A stretch of DNA of 64,000 nt from the human T2T-CHM13v2.0 reference genome, Homo sapiens. The notes beneath the pieces were generated by a model. It was not told where the DNA came from, ran no database searches, and worked only from the letters and a program-made list of their open reading frames with translations. Shown here piece after piece: positions 11,200-25,140 of the stretch (positions are counted from its first letter, which is position 1; the number at the start of each line of letters is the position of its first letter). Location: NCBI RefSeq assembly GCF_009914755.1, contig NC_060938.1; one strand, 5' to 3'. The position numbers were made by a program, and so were the translations under genes.

Positions 11200-11346
11200 T
11201 GTTTTGCATGTAGCTCCCATGCTCAATCCTCACAATAATGGAGGCTTAAACACCTTGGCCAAGGCGTCAGCAGCCAGGAAGTGGTGGAAGCCAGAATCCA
11301 AACCCAGGCATGTGGGGTTTCAAAGCCTCACTGTTAACCACCACAA
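11200..11346 (-). mobile_element. MIR SINE
   Basis: aatcctcacaa...ggaagtggtggaagccagaatccaaacccagg...caaagcctcactgttaaccac. Confidence 0.7.
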
Positions 11347-11969
11347 AATTGCTGCCACCGAGTGAGCTGTGCAGATGTTGGGTTTCGGGGGCTTAATGTA
11401 CGCACAAGAGTGATTCCCAATAGTCCATTGGGTTGAGAGTCCAAATTCAGAATGAAAGAAGAGGCAGCCAGATGGATTTGCATGCTTTCCAACAATTACA
11501 AATGTAGAAGTGGTACCCAGTAGGAAGAGATCTTAGAGAAGGCCTGAGGATTTGGCAATAAAAAATCTGTTCACTCATTCTTCTGCTGAATCATTTATGC
11601 ATTCCCTTAGACTACTCATTAGATACTTCGTGTGGGCCTAGCCCTGCATCAGTCTCAGGCCAATTAGCAGAAATGTTATTTAATAGATTTAGTAAATGTT
11701 GACTCAGTAAGAACATAAAAAGTTCTGTGTGTTATACTGTGTATAACAAACACAAGTACTATCTACATAATAAGCATTTTTAATTAAATCCATTTTAAAT
11801 GAGCCCACACAAGGGGTAGTGAGAGAGAATAACAAAAACATTAGGTCCATTCCATGTTACAAACACTATCCACTTCTCTATGGCATGGCAGTGGAACAAA
11901 CTCCTGGACAGTTGAGAAACTCTTTAAGGAAGGGAGATTGAGTGGAAGAGACGTGAGTGACGGAGGTAA

Positions 11970-12140
11970 ACAGAGCTGCTGTGACATCCTGGCTCCACTA
12001 CTCAATGTCAGTGAGCTCTCAGGTGAATCATTTACCCTCTCGGGGACTCAGTTTCCTAATATGTCAACAGGATTAACAATATTCAACTCAGAGGTATGTA
12101 GTCAGGACTAAATAAAATAATACAGGAGAAAATGCCCAGC
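11970..12140 (+). mobile_element. MIR SINE
   Basis: atcctggctccactactc...ctcagtttcctaat core. Confidence 0.6.
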
Positions 12141-12399
12141 ATCATTTTGATTTTGAGATTTTATTGAAATACAGTTGGATGTGAATTTAAATGCAGTAAG
12201 AAAATAAAATTCAATGTCAAGTTAACCCTAATTAGGTTTATCCACTGTAAAAACTTGTGGGCGGGTTTTGGAACACTTATGAACAATTTTTGAAGTTGTT
12301 GGTGACATACTTATCAGTGGGCACTCACACATTTCTCTTCAGAGACAGAGTCCATTGCTTTCATCATTGTGAGGGGTGTTTATGACCAGCTGATGCAAA

Positions 12400-12850
12400 G
12401 TCATACCTGCAAGGAAGTGTGGAAGTCATAAGAGGCTGAGTCGCTGACCTTCCCCTTGAAGTCCAGACTTGCCTGCCCAGGAGTAGGGAGTGTGGTCTGT
12501 AAACAGCATTTGGCTGTCAGCTCCTTCAGCTTCCACCCGCCCTGCAGAGAACTGCTCTGCCTGCAGTTCTCCTGTCCTTCCCAGGGCCAAGGCATTTTGT
12601 GACTGAGCCAAGTGGCAATAAACACCTGCCCATTTTACTGTGACACAGGACACGCTGTTAGGTGTGATTTGTCCAGTCCTCCCTCCGGAGATCCTGGGGT
12701 TACTGAGGCATGGTTGTTCCCACGAGGAAGTTCACCTTCTTCCTCTATCTCCTCTTTTTTCTCTTCTGCTCACAGAAATTCATCCTTAATCAACACCCCA
12801 CACTCTAGATGTTATTTCTGAATCTGCTTCTGGAGAACCTGACCTGTGAG
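12400..12850 (+). mobile_element. LTR16-family (ERVL) solo LTR
   Basis: ggctgtcagctccttcag...ctgcagaga; 3' end gaatctgcttctggagaacctgacctgtgaga matches the LTR16 terminus. Confidence 0.7.
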
Positions 12851-14268
12851 AGAAAAGAAATACGAAAAAAATTAGACGACTAGGTGAGAATAGAAGCTTA
12901 TGATAGAGTTCCAAGAAAGTAGAAGGAGTTATCAGAGTTAAGTATAGCAGAAAGGTCAAGATAAGGGCAGAAGTTGTTCAGCTGGACCAGCAACTAGCCA
13001 TGGAGCCCACGGAAACCACAGTTTTGCAGGACCAATAGAGAAGCTTTGGGGTAGATATTTGGTAAGTCATTGGAGTATGGCCAAAAGGAGACAACCAGTT
13101 ATAATCTTTCCTTGGAGGCAAAAATACTGGAAGAGGGAGTGGGTGGGTCAAAGGGTCAAGGTGAGATCTGAACATGTTGATCTTCCACAGAGATTATTTT
13201 CAAAAATGTTTTCTTACAAATCATGTCTTGTCCTTAGACAAATGTCTGAAAAAACCTTGGCAAGAGCAAGCCCTGAAATCTCCCCCAGATTATTAAGTCA
13301 AATAATGGGCTTTCAGAATATAGGAAGTTCAAAAGGCTGTCAGGTTGGAGCCAGACATCTGAGGAATGTGCCTGCTCCTAAGAAGAGGTGTGCATCCATT
13401 AGGATGTATCAGGTGGCTCTTATCAGGGAGCCACATCACTAGTCAAAGGACAGGTTATTGTGTGTGCCAGGTTGCTCAGAAATGACCCCTCCAAAGTTAA
13501 CTGAAAGCAGTGAACCCAGCCCTTCTTTCCAACCTTGTTGGAAAACAAAGCACAGAACTCTGCAGTTAGGGCAGAAAACAGAACTCAAAAAGATTCAACA
13601 TTGTAACAAGGCAACTGGATCAATAAGTCCCAAGGAGTCATAATCCTGTGCCAGCAATTTCTAAGTCACTCTGAAAAATCAGATTTTCCAAGGACAAGAC
13701 TCTGCCTCATCAGGAAGAGTCCTCGTTTGAGCAGACACCCATCTTGCCTTGGTTCCTCCAGTGCAACTGAGATATACCAGAATTTTCCAAATTATGTTAG
13801 GCCAAATATTTGTGGTAGAATGCAAAAATACCAATGGTCTATGTAACAAATTGTACAAAAATACTGAAACTCACAGTTAGCCAATCTTCTGCTGAAAAAG
13901 CTCCATTTCAGCTACACAGGGATAATACCATAGAGAGACACCATATTTGTCTTCTCTTTACCATCTTTCCTACTGACCACCCAACGTGGCCTCCAGTCAT
14001 CACCTTGCTTCCTTGGTTTCACAAGTGGTGGGTTAATGGAATTTAACGTTCCTACCTAGAAAAAGCACTTAGGCATATATATCAGGCTCAACTCCTTTTT
14101 TTCCCTTTTCTCATATAGACCCACCCCCTCAAGGCCTTCTCACTTTGTCTTTCCCTGAAACAAAGGCTTTTGACATTGGGCAAATTCTCTTTAGACTTCA
14201 AATAGATAGGGTGAACTAAATGATCTGATCTTTCAGAGCTTGACATATACTGACAATTCTATGATCCC

Positions 14269-14622
14269 TGATATGGTTTGGCTGTGTTCCCACCCAAATC
14301 TCATCTTGATGTAGTTCCCATAATCCCTATGTGTCGTTAGAGGGACCCAGTGGGAGGTAATTGAATCCTGGGGGTGGTTTTCCCCACGCTATTCTTGGGA
14401 TAGTGAGTTCTCATGAGATCTGATGGTTTTATAAGGAATTTCCGCCTTCACTCATCTCTCATTTTTCTCTCTCCTACTGCCTTGTGAAGAACATGCTTGC
14501 TTCCCCTTCCACAATGATTGTAAGTTTCCTGAGGCCTCTAGAGCCCTGTGTAACTGTGAGTGTTTCCTATATAAATAACCCAGTTTCAGGTATGTCATTA
14601 TAGCAGTGTGACAACTAATACA
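14269..14622 (+). mobile_element. THE1 (THE1C/D-like) solo LTR
   Basis: tgatatggtttggctgtgt...ctaataca termini; 5-bp TSD atccc/atcac. Confidence 0.93.
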
Positions 14623-15145
14623 ATCACTGATCAAATGTAAGTTCTAGGTTTTACACAACTGACAGTGACATTTCACCTCTCTAAAACTATGATTTATTTT
14701 ACTAGGATATTCTGTGGAAAACAAGCAATCATTTTGGATAATTTGTTTTGTGATAATAATGATCATATCTGTATGACCTTTCAGAATGCACAAAGTACTT
14801 TCACATTTGTTATTATCTCTTTTGATACTTAAAATAGAGCAGACAGCACTTATACCTAGTTGATAGATCAGATTATTGAGGCTTCTGAAAATTGATAAAG
14901 CCTCTCCTGCTCCAAACACCTAGTCCTCTGTAAAATCCAGACTGTTCCATTCCTACTCCTCGGCTGCTCTGAGAAAATTCATTTCTTAACAACATCCTAT
15001 ATAATTATTGCTTCAGCAACCTTTGCAAACTGTTGTAAAAGAACTGCTGCCGATATACATGCTTTCCATAATGGATGTTTTCTTCTGTGTTTTGCTCCTA
15101 GTTTAAAGTGCTCCCAGAACTACTAAACTTCCACAGAAATGAATA

Positions 15146-15497
15146 TTTTAAGATTTGTATTGATATATAAAAATTGTACATATTTATGGGGTACATGTGA
15201 TATCTTGATACATGCATACAATGTGTAATGATTAAATCAGGGCATTTAGGATATTCATCATTTGGAACATTTATCATTTCTATGTGTTGGAAACATTTCA
15301 AATCTTCTCTTCTGGCTATTGTGTAATATACACTACATTGTTAACTATAGTCACCCTACCGTGCTATTGAACACCAGAAGTTGGTTCTTCTAATTGTATG
15401 TTTATGCCCATTAACTAACCATTCATTCCCACCTCCTCTCCCCAAGTTCCAAGCTTCTGATAACCATCATTCTAGTCTCTACTTCCATGAGATCACA
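15146..15497 (-). mobile_element. L1MA 3' end
   Basis: Antisense L1MA 3' UTR (tgtacatatttatggggtacatgtgata...tgtgtaatgattaaatcaggg...ctacttccatgagatca). Confidence 0.88.
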
Positions 15498-16149
15498 CCT
15501 ACAAAACATGATTTTATGAACAGTTTCACTAATGAGCCAGAGGTTTGGGACACTGGCAACATGGTTGCTTCAGAATGGATTTCTCCCAAGAATATCCAGC
15601 TCTGATCACATGACCTGCACATACCAAAGCCACATGACCCAGGCTGTCACTCAGGAGCCCCACAATGGTTGGGTTTGTAATTTACAATGTGAGGCCAACC
15701 AGCAAATTCTATTACTCAAACATGTGAAGCAAACCCAAGGAGAGGAATACGTTCAACTAATCTTTTGCTCAGAAGCAACATTTGCAGCTCTTTTCACTTA
15801 CTTTTCATGATTTCACCACAGGAGAACCATTTCCAGGAATTATTACGTTAAGCAGTATTTTAAAAAATGAGTCTTGGTATTTTTTGCAATAAATAACAGC
15901 TCACATTTATCCTAAGAACAGAAAAGTTCACCAGAACCTGCTTACATTGTCTGCTTTAAGAAATACAGACCTGTTAAAAACTATCTAGAACAATGTCATA
16001 GGAACATTAGCAATAATGCAAGCCCTCAACTATTTGATCAGCATTGGCCTGTCCCTGTGGAAGGCACTAGGGTTATACAGAGAAATAAGACACATGCCTT
16101 GCCTTCAACAAGTGCATAGCAGGTATGGGTCCTGGAAGAGATGTCACTG

Positions 16150-16312
16150 CAGAATAGAAAGAGCAATTGCTTTGGAATCAGAGAGCTGTGACTTCAAATG
16201 CTGGCTTTGTCCCATTCGGCTGTAAGAACTTGACCAAGTTTTATAACAATTCTCAGCCTCAGTTTCCTTAAAGTAAAATGAAAATATTAATGTCTCTTAT
16301 TCAGGGTCTTGG
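16150..16312 (+). mobile_element. MIR SINE
   Basis: gctttggaatcagag...ttcaaatgctggct...ctcagcctcagtttcctt. Confidence 0.75.
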
Positions 16313-16314
16313 GA

Positions 16315-16790
16315 ATGAGGAAATAAATAGACCACCCAAAGAAGAACAATCAGAGGCTATTGATTCAGAACTTGCTATAGCAAAGGACTCAGGCACCATC
16401 GCTTATGGCAGGCAGGGGAATGGAGGAGCTTTATAGTCAAAACAGGGATGGCTTAAAGTGTGTCCTGATTGGAGACTGTTTGCAATGGGGAGCTCAAATA
16501 AACTACGAGCAGCATCTTACGTCATTTGTTTATGGGGTACATTTGGTTTTTTTGACTGGGTCTGAGTTGGAAGCAGGGCAGCAAATAGGAAAACTTGTAT
16601 ATTTCGGCTCCTCTAACTATTCACACTTCAGCACTGATACAAAGCAGGCTCCACATGAAAGGGAGTTGCCAATCCATGTGCTGCATTTGATCTTGGGCCT
16701 GACCATTTTATCTTGACCCATTTGCACTCCACCTGCTAAACAGCTGGGGATTTTCCTAGCTTTTGACTTGGCAATTCTATTAAAACCGTA
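16315..16790 (-). mobile_element. ERV1-class LTR relic (subfamily uncertain)
   Basis: agaccacccaaag...ggctattgattcagaacttgctatagcaa...ctgattgg pattern typical of antisense MER4-group LTRs. Confidence 0.45.
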
Positions 16791-17224
16791 AACTGATTAC
16801 TAACTGCTATGATATGACTCCAAGCTCCATGAGTAACTTTCTGAGAATACATTAGTTCCCAGACATCCAACCTGGAGACTGAAATTATGCTGTTTTCATG
16901 ATTCTATGACCTAATCCCATTCATTAACAGTCACATTTCTCATTTAAAGTTGATACGGTTTCATTCATGTTTATAGATCATTCTTTATGAGCAAGTTTAC
17001 TCCCAAAAGAGAAGACATTGTCATACCTACATGTCAGATTTCTGAGGACAAGCAGTGGAACATTTTCCAAAGGTGTTGCCATATTGTAAAGACCCATCTT
17101 CCTATCCACTGGCTTTTGTTAATGGTCCCATAATGGTGCACCCCTTCCTTGAATTCCATGTCTCCCTTCTATCAGTTAGGTTGCAGCACTTCAGATTCCA
17201 GTGGCCCGTGACTATCTTGAATGG

Positions 17225-18220
<996 letters not shown>

Positions 18221-19029
18221 GTGCTATTTCTCTCTGTGTCTCTGGGTCCTTGCATGACACTACATATACAGTAGGTACTCAATAAGCTTTAATTTATGTG
18301 GAATGCACTAGATTGAATTAAATTGAAGAAAAATGACCCAATCAAGTGAGGCAAAAGCTGAGCGTATCTTTAATTTACAATTAAAATATTGAACATTTTG
18401 GATAAAAGAGAAGTGACTCTTTTTCACTCTGCATGAAGTTCAGATCTAAATCATATTCAAACCCCTCATATAAACGTATATATCACAGAACTTATCTGTC
18501 ATAAAAAGGCTCTTTAAACAAAGCAATCCCAAAAGAAAGATGCCAGTACTTCATATAACTTCCATTTGCAGCCTATTTGTTTAAATTCTGGACAGAAACC
18601 AAGTCAGGAAAGAAAACGAAAAGAAAGCTCCATGGTTGTATCATCATCTGCTCCAGCCATGCAAGTCTCCAGGAGGGAAGAAGCAGCCTGAGACTTCTAA
18701 ATTTCTTGTGTCCCTATTTCAGAGGCAGGGAACCCCAGAAATCAAGCCATTGACAGTCTGACCCAGGTCTTAGTCCAGTTATTAATTGCATTCATCATAT
18801 TTGGAATAGGGTGACATTAGGTAGAAATAAGCTGAGGAACCCAAGAATATTTGACTGCGGGTTTCTGTAGAGAAAACAATATGCACAAAGGACTATAACT
18901 AAGGGAAAGAAAGTGGTGTTTGATTTAAAGACTGAGCTTGGACCCAAAACTGTAGTACAGAGAACTGAGATCACTTAGTTAGGCTGTATCTGGCCTATAT
19001 TCTCAACTAAGCCCTGAGCCAGGCATTAA

Positions 19030-19197
19030 GTATTAGATCATATTCACCTGACCCTGAATTCATTTCCATTTTACAGATTAAGAAATCAAGGAGACAAGAA
19101 AGTAAAATAATTGTGTGGCAATTTAGACCTAGTTAAGTCGCAGATCTGGGATGCAAACCCAAGTCCAAAGCTTGTACTCTTTCCGCTTCATTGTACT
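19030..19197 (-). mobile_element. MIR SINE
   Basis: ccattttacagattaagaaatc...gatctgggatgcaaacccaagtc. Confidence 0.7.
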
Positions 19198-20884
19198 TTC
19201 CCCACAAAAGTGTTACTGTTTCACCCCAAAATCATGCCCAGAAGCAATTACACTTAGTTCTCCTGAGGCAGCAGCCGGGGATTGGGTTTAATTCTGAGCA
19301 TCTTGGGAAGAAAGTGGGAGCTTGCCCAATAGCAACTAAGTGGCCAGGTATGCTGAACCATGCTTTCTTATCCCTGATTACCCACCCATAATGTAGAAGA
19401 GTGTTTCCAATTGTTTCAAGGAGTATCAGGATATTCTGAAGAAAAGAAAATCACATTCACTCCATGTAGTTTAAGAAAATAATGGCTAGCCAATTTATGA
19501 TTTACATTATCATTATTTAAAAAAAAACACTGCAACACCAACCCTAGGACTTTTCAACTTCTTAGATGCTTGGGAACAGCTCCATTCGCCTGTCCCAATG
19601 TCCACATAACTTGTCTAAAATTGAAATCATCAACTCCTTCCCCTACCAATTCCCAAGGAATCTCTTACACCAACTTCAACATTTCTGAAAATGGCAATGT
19701 GCCTGCCAATCCACTTGTTTTGGGACGGCACAGCCTGTGAAGCATTGTCAAGGCTGACTCATGTCTGCAGCCTCCAGATCCTTGCATGGTACAGGGACAA
19801 CGTCAGGCAGTACTGAACATTTTTTGAAGCCGGACATTAAGACATATCCATTGTTTCATCCTGAGTGTGTAGCAGATTATCTTCCACAGGGTGCGTCCTC
19901 AATGGATGCTTGCTTAATTGCTTTTCTGAGTTCAAATGATGTATTTTATTTGTATAGATGAACTATTATATTTTACACCTTCTCATAACTCGAACTAATA
20001 TAGAGGAAGACAGGCAGAAAGGAAGGGTAAGGTATAGAAAAAGGAAGAAGCTGACTTTGATCTCTTTCAATAATAATTAAAAACTAATTTAACCCATGTT
20101 GACTGAATGCACAGCTGGTAGCAGACCCTGTGCCTGGTTGCTGCCATGGAGAACTATAGATGAAGTCATCCCAGAAAATCACGCAGGACATGCTGAGGTA
20201 GGGCCACATTGTATTTGAAAGATTCGGCCTGAGATTGAGACTTGCAGCATACATAGCTTTGTGCTTTTGATCATTTTTCATAAATCCCCATTGTTTCATT
20301 TGCTCTACCCTAAAAAGTTATTGTTCTTTACTCCCCTCCCACCCCATCCAATAAAATAAAACTAATATTATGGTGTCATTTGAAAATATATTTATGTTTG
20401 TTTTCTCTATAAAAAGAGATAATAATGTTATGTTCCAATAATATTAAGTTGCAATGTTATTTGCAAGATTGCAGAGCTTTTAATTTTCTGATTATTTCCA
20501 CAGTGGGAGTTTCAGCTCAATTTCAATGAAGACACTTCTATCTGTTTCGGTTATTTTTTTTATTACAGCTAGAAGCAACAATAATTGCCTTTAGTGTAGG
20601 AAAACATCAAGGAGGAGACAATTGTTGTCCCCAAAGAATAAGATCATCAGGGCAAATTTTGCTGTAAAAAATTTGTAAATTAATTGCAGAGTCCTATAAA
20701 TATGATATTTACTAAAATTGCATCGACTGCTGTCTTCAAAAACTTCATCTTTTTCATATGTCTTTTAAATAAATAAATTTCTTGAGGTCCCCAGAAACAA
20801 AAAGGGATTACAGCCAACAAAATACTAATAATTCATATACGTACATTATCCACATGGATGGAGTTAATGCTACTAGAGAGAACA

Positions 20885-21080
20885 AACCCAGAGACAACTG
20901 GGACTGAGCCTTGGCTCTCAACTTTAGTACCTATTTGATCTTTAATTAGCTATGTAACCTCTCTAAACCTCAACTTCTGCCACTTACTAAAGGTTACCAT
21001 GAGATTAAATTAAATAGTGTGTATGAAATGTCCTATTACACAGTCTGGCATAAAATATGTGCCAAATAACTGGCAGCTGT
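20885..21080 (+). mobile_element. MIR SINE
   Basis: taacctctctaaacctca...gagattaaattaaatagtgtgtatgaaatg...cacagtctggca. Confidence 0.6.
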
Positions 21081-21181
21081 GTTAATGACGATAACGATTT
21101 TGTTACATTGCTTCATTCATTCAACACATATTGAGTACCTACTATGTAACTGTTCCAACCACCGTTCCAGGCACTAAGTGT

Positions 21182-21204
21182 TGATGATGATGATGATGAT
21201 GATG
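21182..21204. repeat. (TGA)n microsatellite
   Basis: About 7 TGA units. Confidence 0.9.
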
Positions 21205-21357
21205 AAGAAGAAAAAATACTCAGTCATTTTGTTGCTATACATGCGCTGACATGAGCTGGTCAATCTATTGCAAAAGACCTCACAGTGGGCTCTTACAGAA
21301 TTCTGGTCATGTTTACAAAAAAATGATATCACAATTATTCTTTGCATGCCCACAGCT

Positions 21358-21570
21358 TGCCAAGTGTTTTCTCACTCAACACACATTCCCAATACCCTTT
21401 TATCCCCCACTTTTCTTTTGCTTACCTTACTTTAATACAGAAGTTAGGAAACTTAAAACAAATTTTTCAGCCTCCCTTGCAGCTAAAGTCTGCTAGGTGA
21501 TCACGTTCTTGCCCTTGAAATATAAGATACCTGCTGAGAATTTCCATAGAGCTTTTTATTTCATTTTCTA
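21358..21570 (+). mobile_element. LTR33-like (ERVL) LTR fragment
   Basis: aatttttcagcctcccttgcagcta motif preceded by acacacattccc. Confidence 0.5.
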
Positions 21571-21794
21571 GGGATACCTTTTCCAGATTTTCTCAACCTA
21601 TGCAACATTTATCTGAGAAATGGAGAGTGACTGAAGACAAGCACCAAGCATTATTCATCTACATCTTACCATGATTCATTTACATCTTACCATGTGCCTA
21701 ATACAGAGTGGATGCTAACAAAACTGCATGGAAGCTGACAAGATATGAGATGTAGATATGATCTGGACATGACCCAAAACAAATATGCTTTTTT

Positions 21795-21857
21795 GTTGTT
21801 GTTGTTCAGAGTCAGAGTCTTGCTCTGTTGCTCAGGCTGGAGTGCAGTGATGCAATC
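21795..21857 (-). mobile_element. Extremely 5'-truncated Alu (~65 bp)
   Basis: Alu 3' end (agagtcttgctctgttgctcaggctggagtgcagtg) with (GTT)n tail; 16-bp TSD acaaa(t/c)atgctttttt at 21779-21794 and 21858-21873. Confidence 0.85.
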
Positions 21858-22272
21858 ACAAACATGCTTTTTTAGATTATTATTATTACCATCATAATTA
21901 GGGTCACTACTATTTACTGGGTAATTACCACAGTTATTCCCTGTGTTATCATATGTCTCTTCTAGACAGAATATAAGGTTTTAGTGGAGAAATGGTTTTT
22001 TTTCAAGCTCCATGGGGACTTCAGAAGAGTTCTATGTGCACATATGTAGGTGGAAGACTACTCCTTGTGCAAGAGATAGCACCTATGAAAATGAGTCAGG
22101 CATAAGGATGATATATGAGCAAAACATTTTTGGAAATAAATAAATACTACTTTTAGGGATAAGGAAATTAGTTTCTTCTATCTTCCTTACATAATCTAGT
22201 TCTTTATAAAATAGAAGTAATTCATAAAAATATTTTTGGAATAAAAAATTAGAAGATTTAAATAAGACTCAA

Positions 22273-22579
22273 GGCCAAGTGTGGTGGCTCATGCTTGTAA
22301 TTCAGCACTTTGGGAGGCTGAGGAAAGGGGATCCCTTGAATTCAGGAGTTCAAGACCAGCCTGTGAAACACAGGATGACCTTGTCTTTGCAAAAAAAAAA
22401 GAAAAGAAAGAAAATGAAAATATTAGCTGAGCATGGTGATGCATGTCTGTAGTCCTAGCTACTTGAGAGGTTGAGGTGAAGGAATTGCTTGCAGCCAGGA
22501 GTTTGAGGCTACAGTGAGCTATGCTTGCACCACTGCACTCCAGCCTGGATGACAGAGAGAGACCTGTCTCTTAAAAATG
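22273..22579 (+). mobile_element. AluJ (Jo-like)
   Basis: gaggctacagtgagctatg is a J diagnostic; degenerate TSD aataagactcaag / aataagatttaag. Confidence 0.9.
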
Positions 22580-23967
22580 AATAAGATTTAAGTCCTTTGC
22601 AAACAGTCTACCTCTGCCCCCAAGTTAATCGCTGCTATATTTTAAATGTATCTTTTTAGACATTTTTCTATGCATCTGCTTATTTTTAATATGTTGCCGT
22701 TGGAAACACATCAGTGTGTGCACGTGTGCGTACACATATTTATGTGTGTGTATGATAGTTTCACATAAATAGTATCATAGGTTACATAGAAACCTGCACA
22801 TTTCTTTTTCATTTCATAAGATATATTAAAGTGCTTTCCTAATCTCTGCAAACAGTAAACCTCACTAGTTTTAACTGATGTGTATGGTGTATGATTCTAT
22901 TATGAGGCTACCCCTTAGTTTGAATATGCCCCTTCTTATAGGCATGGAGGTAGTTCAACAACTATTCCGACCTAATATCTTACTAGCAATTTAATGATGT
23001 CTCCTCAAACTGTCACCCATGCTTGATACTCTTTACTTTTTATTTTTTTCTGATCTAATGTGTGATAGTATATAATTGTTGTCATAATTTACATTTGCTT
23101 CATGTTGTTTTATAAAGAGTATCAATTTTCCCACGTTTATTGGCCTTTTGAATTTCCTCTACTCTTCATTGCCAGTTTACTTATTTTTTCTTCTTTATTA
23201 TGTTATTACTACCCTAATTATTAACACGCGTCCTACATATATTTAGATATTTGATATCATTTCTTTGTATATTTTCTACATATGCAAGAAGGTTTTTCTC
23301 CTGAATTGTCATTCACATTTTAACTTTTTTAAATAAATACTTTTAAATTTTGATATTTTCAGGGGAAATCAATCTTTCCTTTAATCCCTTATGATTTTGT
23401 GTCTTGTTGAAAAGACACATCAATATTAAGAACATATTAACCTAGATTTCCCTATGATATAAATGAGAATATAAGAATAACTTATCTGAAACATATTTTC
23501 CTAAATGTCTTGAGGTCAGAACTGATGATATCTTTTAAAATATATAGACAATTCACCCAATACCATGGAAGATACAGTCTACCCTCTTCTCAGCCATTTG
23601 CAATGCTACCTTTAAGGTAAACCAAATTATTTTATCTGTGTGAGTCTACTTCTAGATTCTTTGTTGAATTTGAAATATAATTTATATTGTATATATTTTT
23701 TTCAAAATTGTTCTAAAAAAAATTATTTCTTGATTTTTGTTTTTGAAAATTGTTTGGAATTTCTACACACCAAAACAAATTTAGAATGAATTTGTTAGAC
23801 TCCCTGGACAAAAAAATCCTGTTTGATTTTGAGTGGATGGCATTCAAATAATAGACTGATTAAATTAGCTAAATAATAGATTGATTTTGTAAAATGTTAA
23901 TATTGATTCTTTTCACTTATAACCATATTTTCTCAGTTTATTTGAATTATTTTATATCTCTTATTAA

Positions 23968-24325
<358 letters not shown>

Positions 24326-25140
24326 AGGCTGAACACATTTCTATTTAAATTTGGCACTACACACAGTATTGAAGTTATAGCTACTGGGAAATACTTTGGC
24401 TAACTTTCCTAATTGATAATTGATATACCAATAGGAAAATGTAACATTTGAATGCTAAGCTTACTCAGGTCACCTTGTAGAACTCCTTCACTAGCACTAG
24501 TGTTTGGTCAGTTGATTCTTAAGAACCTCACTTGCCAATTATGACAATATTATTGCTTTTTAATAAAATATAATTAACTTATTTTCTTTTGTTATTTAAC
24601 ATCAAAATCTAGGGCTTTATTATCTACTCTGCTATATCCCTATATCTAAAACAATGTTTAGTTAGAACAATACATTAATAAGTGATTAATATATTTTTAC
24701 TATAGGAATGGAAAGTGAATGCTATTGGTTAATAGTTTCACTGCTAAGTATGGCACAATGAAGATTTCTGATAATTATAATTTAGAAAGCTATTACCTCT
24801 AGTATGCTAGAATTCTTTTCTTTATTCAGGATTATAAGATGTTTTCTTAAACGACTTTTGTTGTCTATTGAGGAAATATAACTTTTCTATCTTAAACTAT
24901 TTTATAGCAATTATTTGTACAGTTTTCCAATATTGGCCAGTTCTTACATTCTTTAAATAAACCCTACCTGATTAGGATATATAATTCTTTTAATATATTA
25001 CTGGAATCTCTTTACTAAAATTTTACTTAGGACTTTTGCTATTATAGTCATTAGTGAGATTGGTATATAATTTTATTTTACGTTACTATCAATATCCATT
25101 TTTGACATCAAGTTATAGTGACATTGTAAAATGAGTTTTA

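Noticed and set aside
13059-13442. 127-aa ORF
   Set aside because: It starts within an L2 relic, has no recognisable domain, and its length is within chance expectation for 64 kb.
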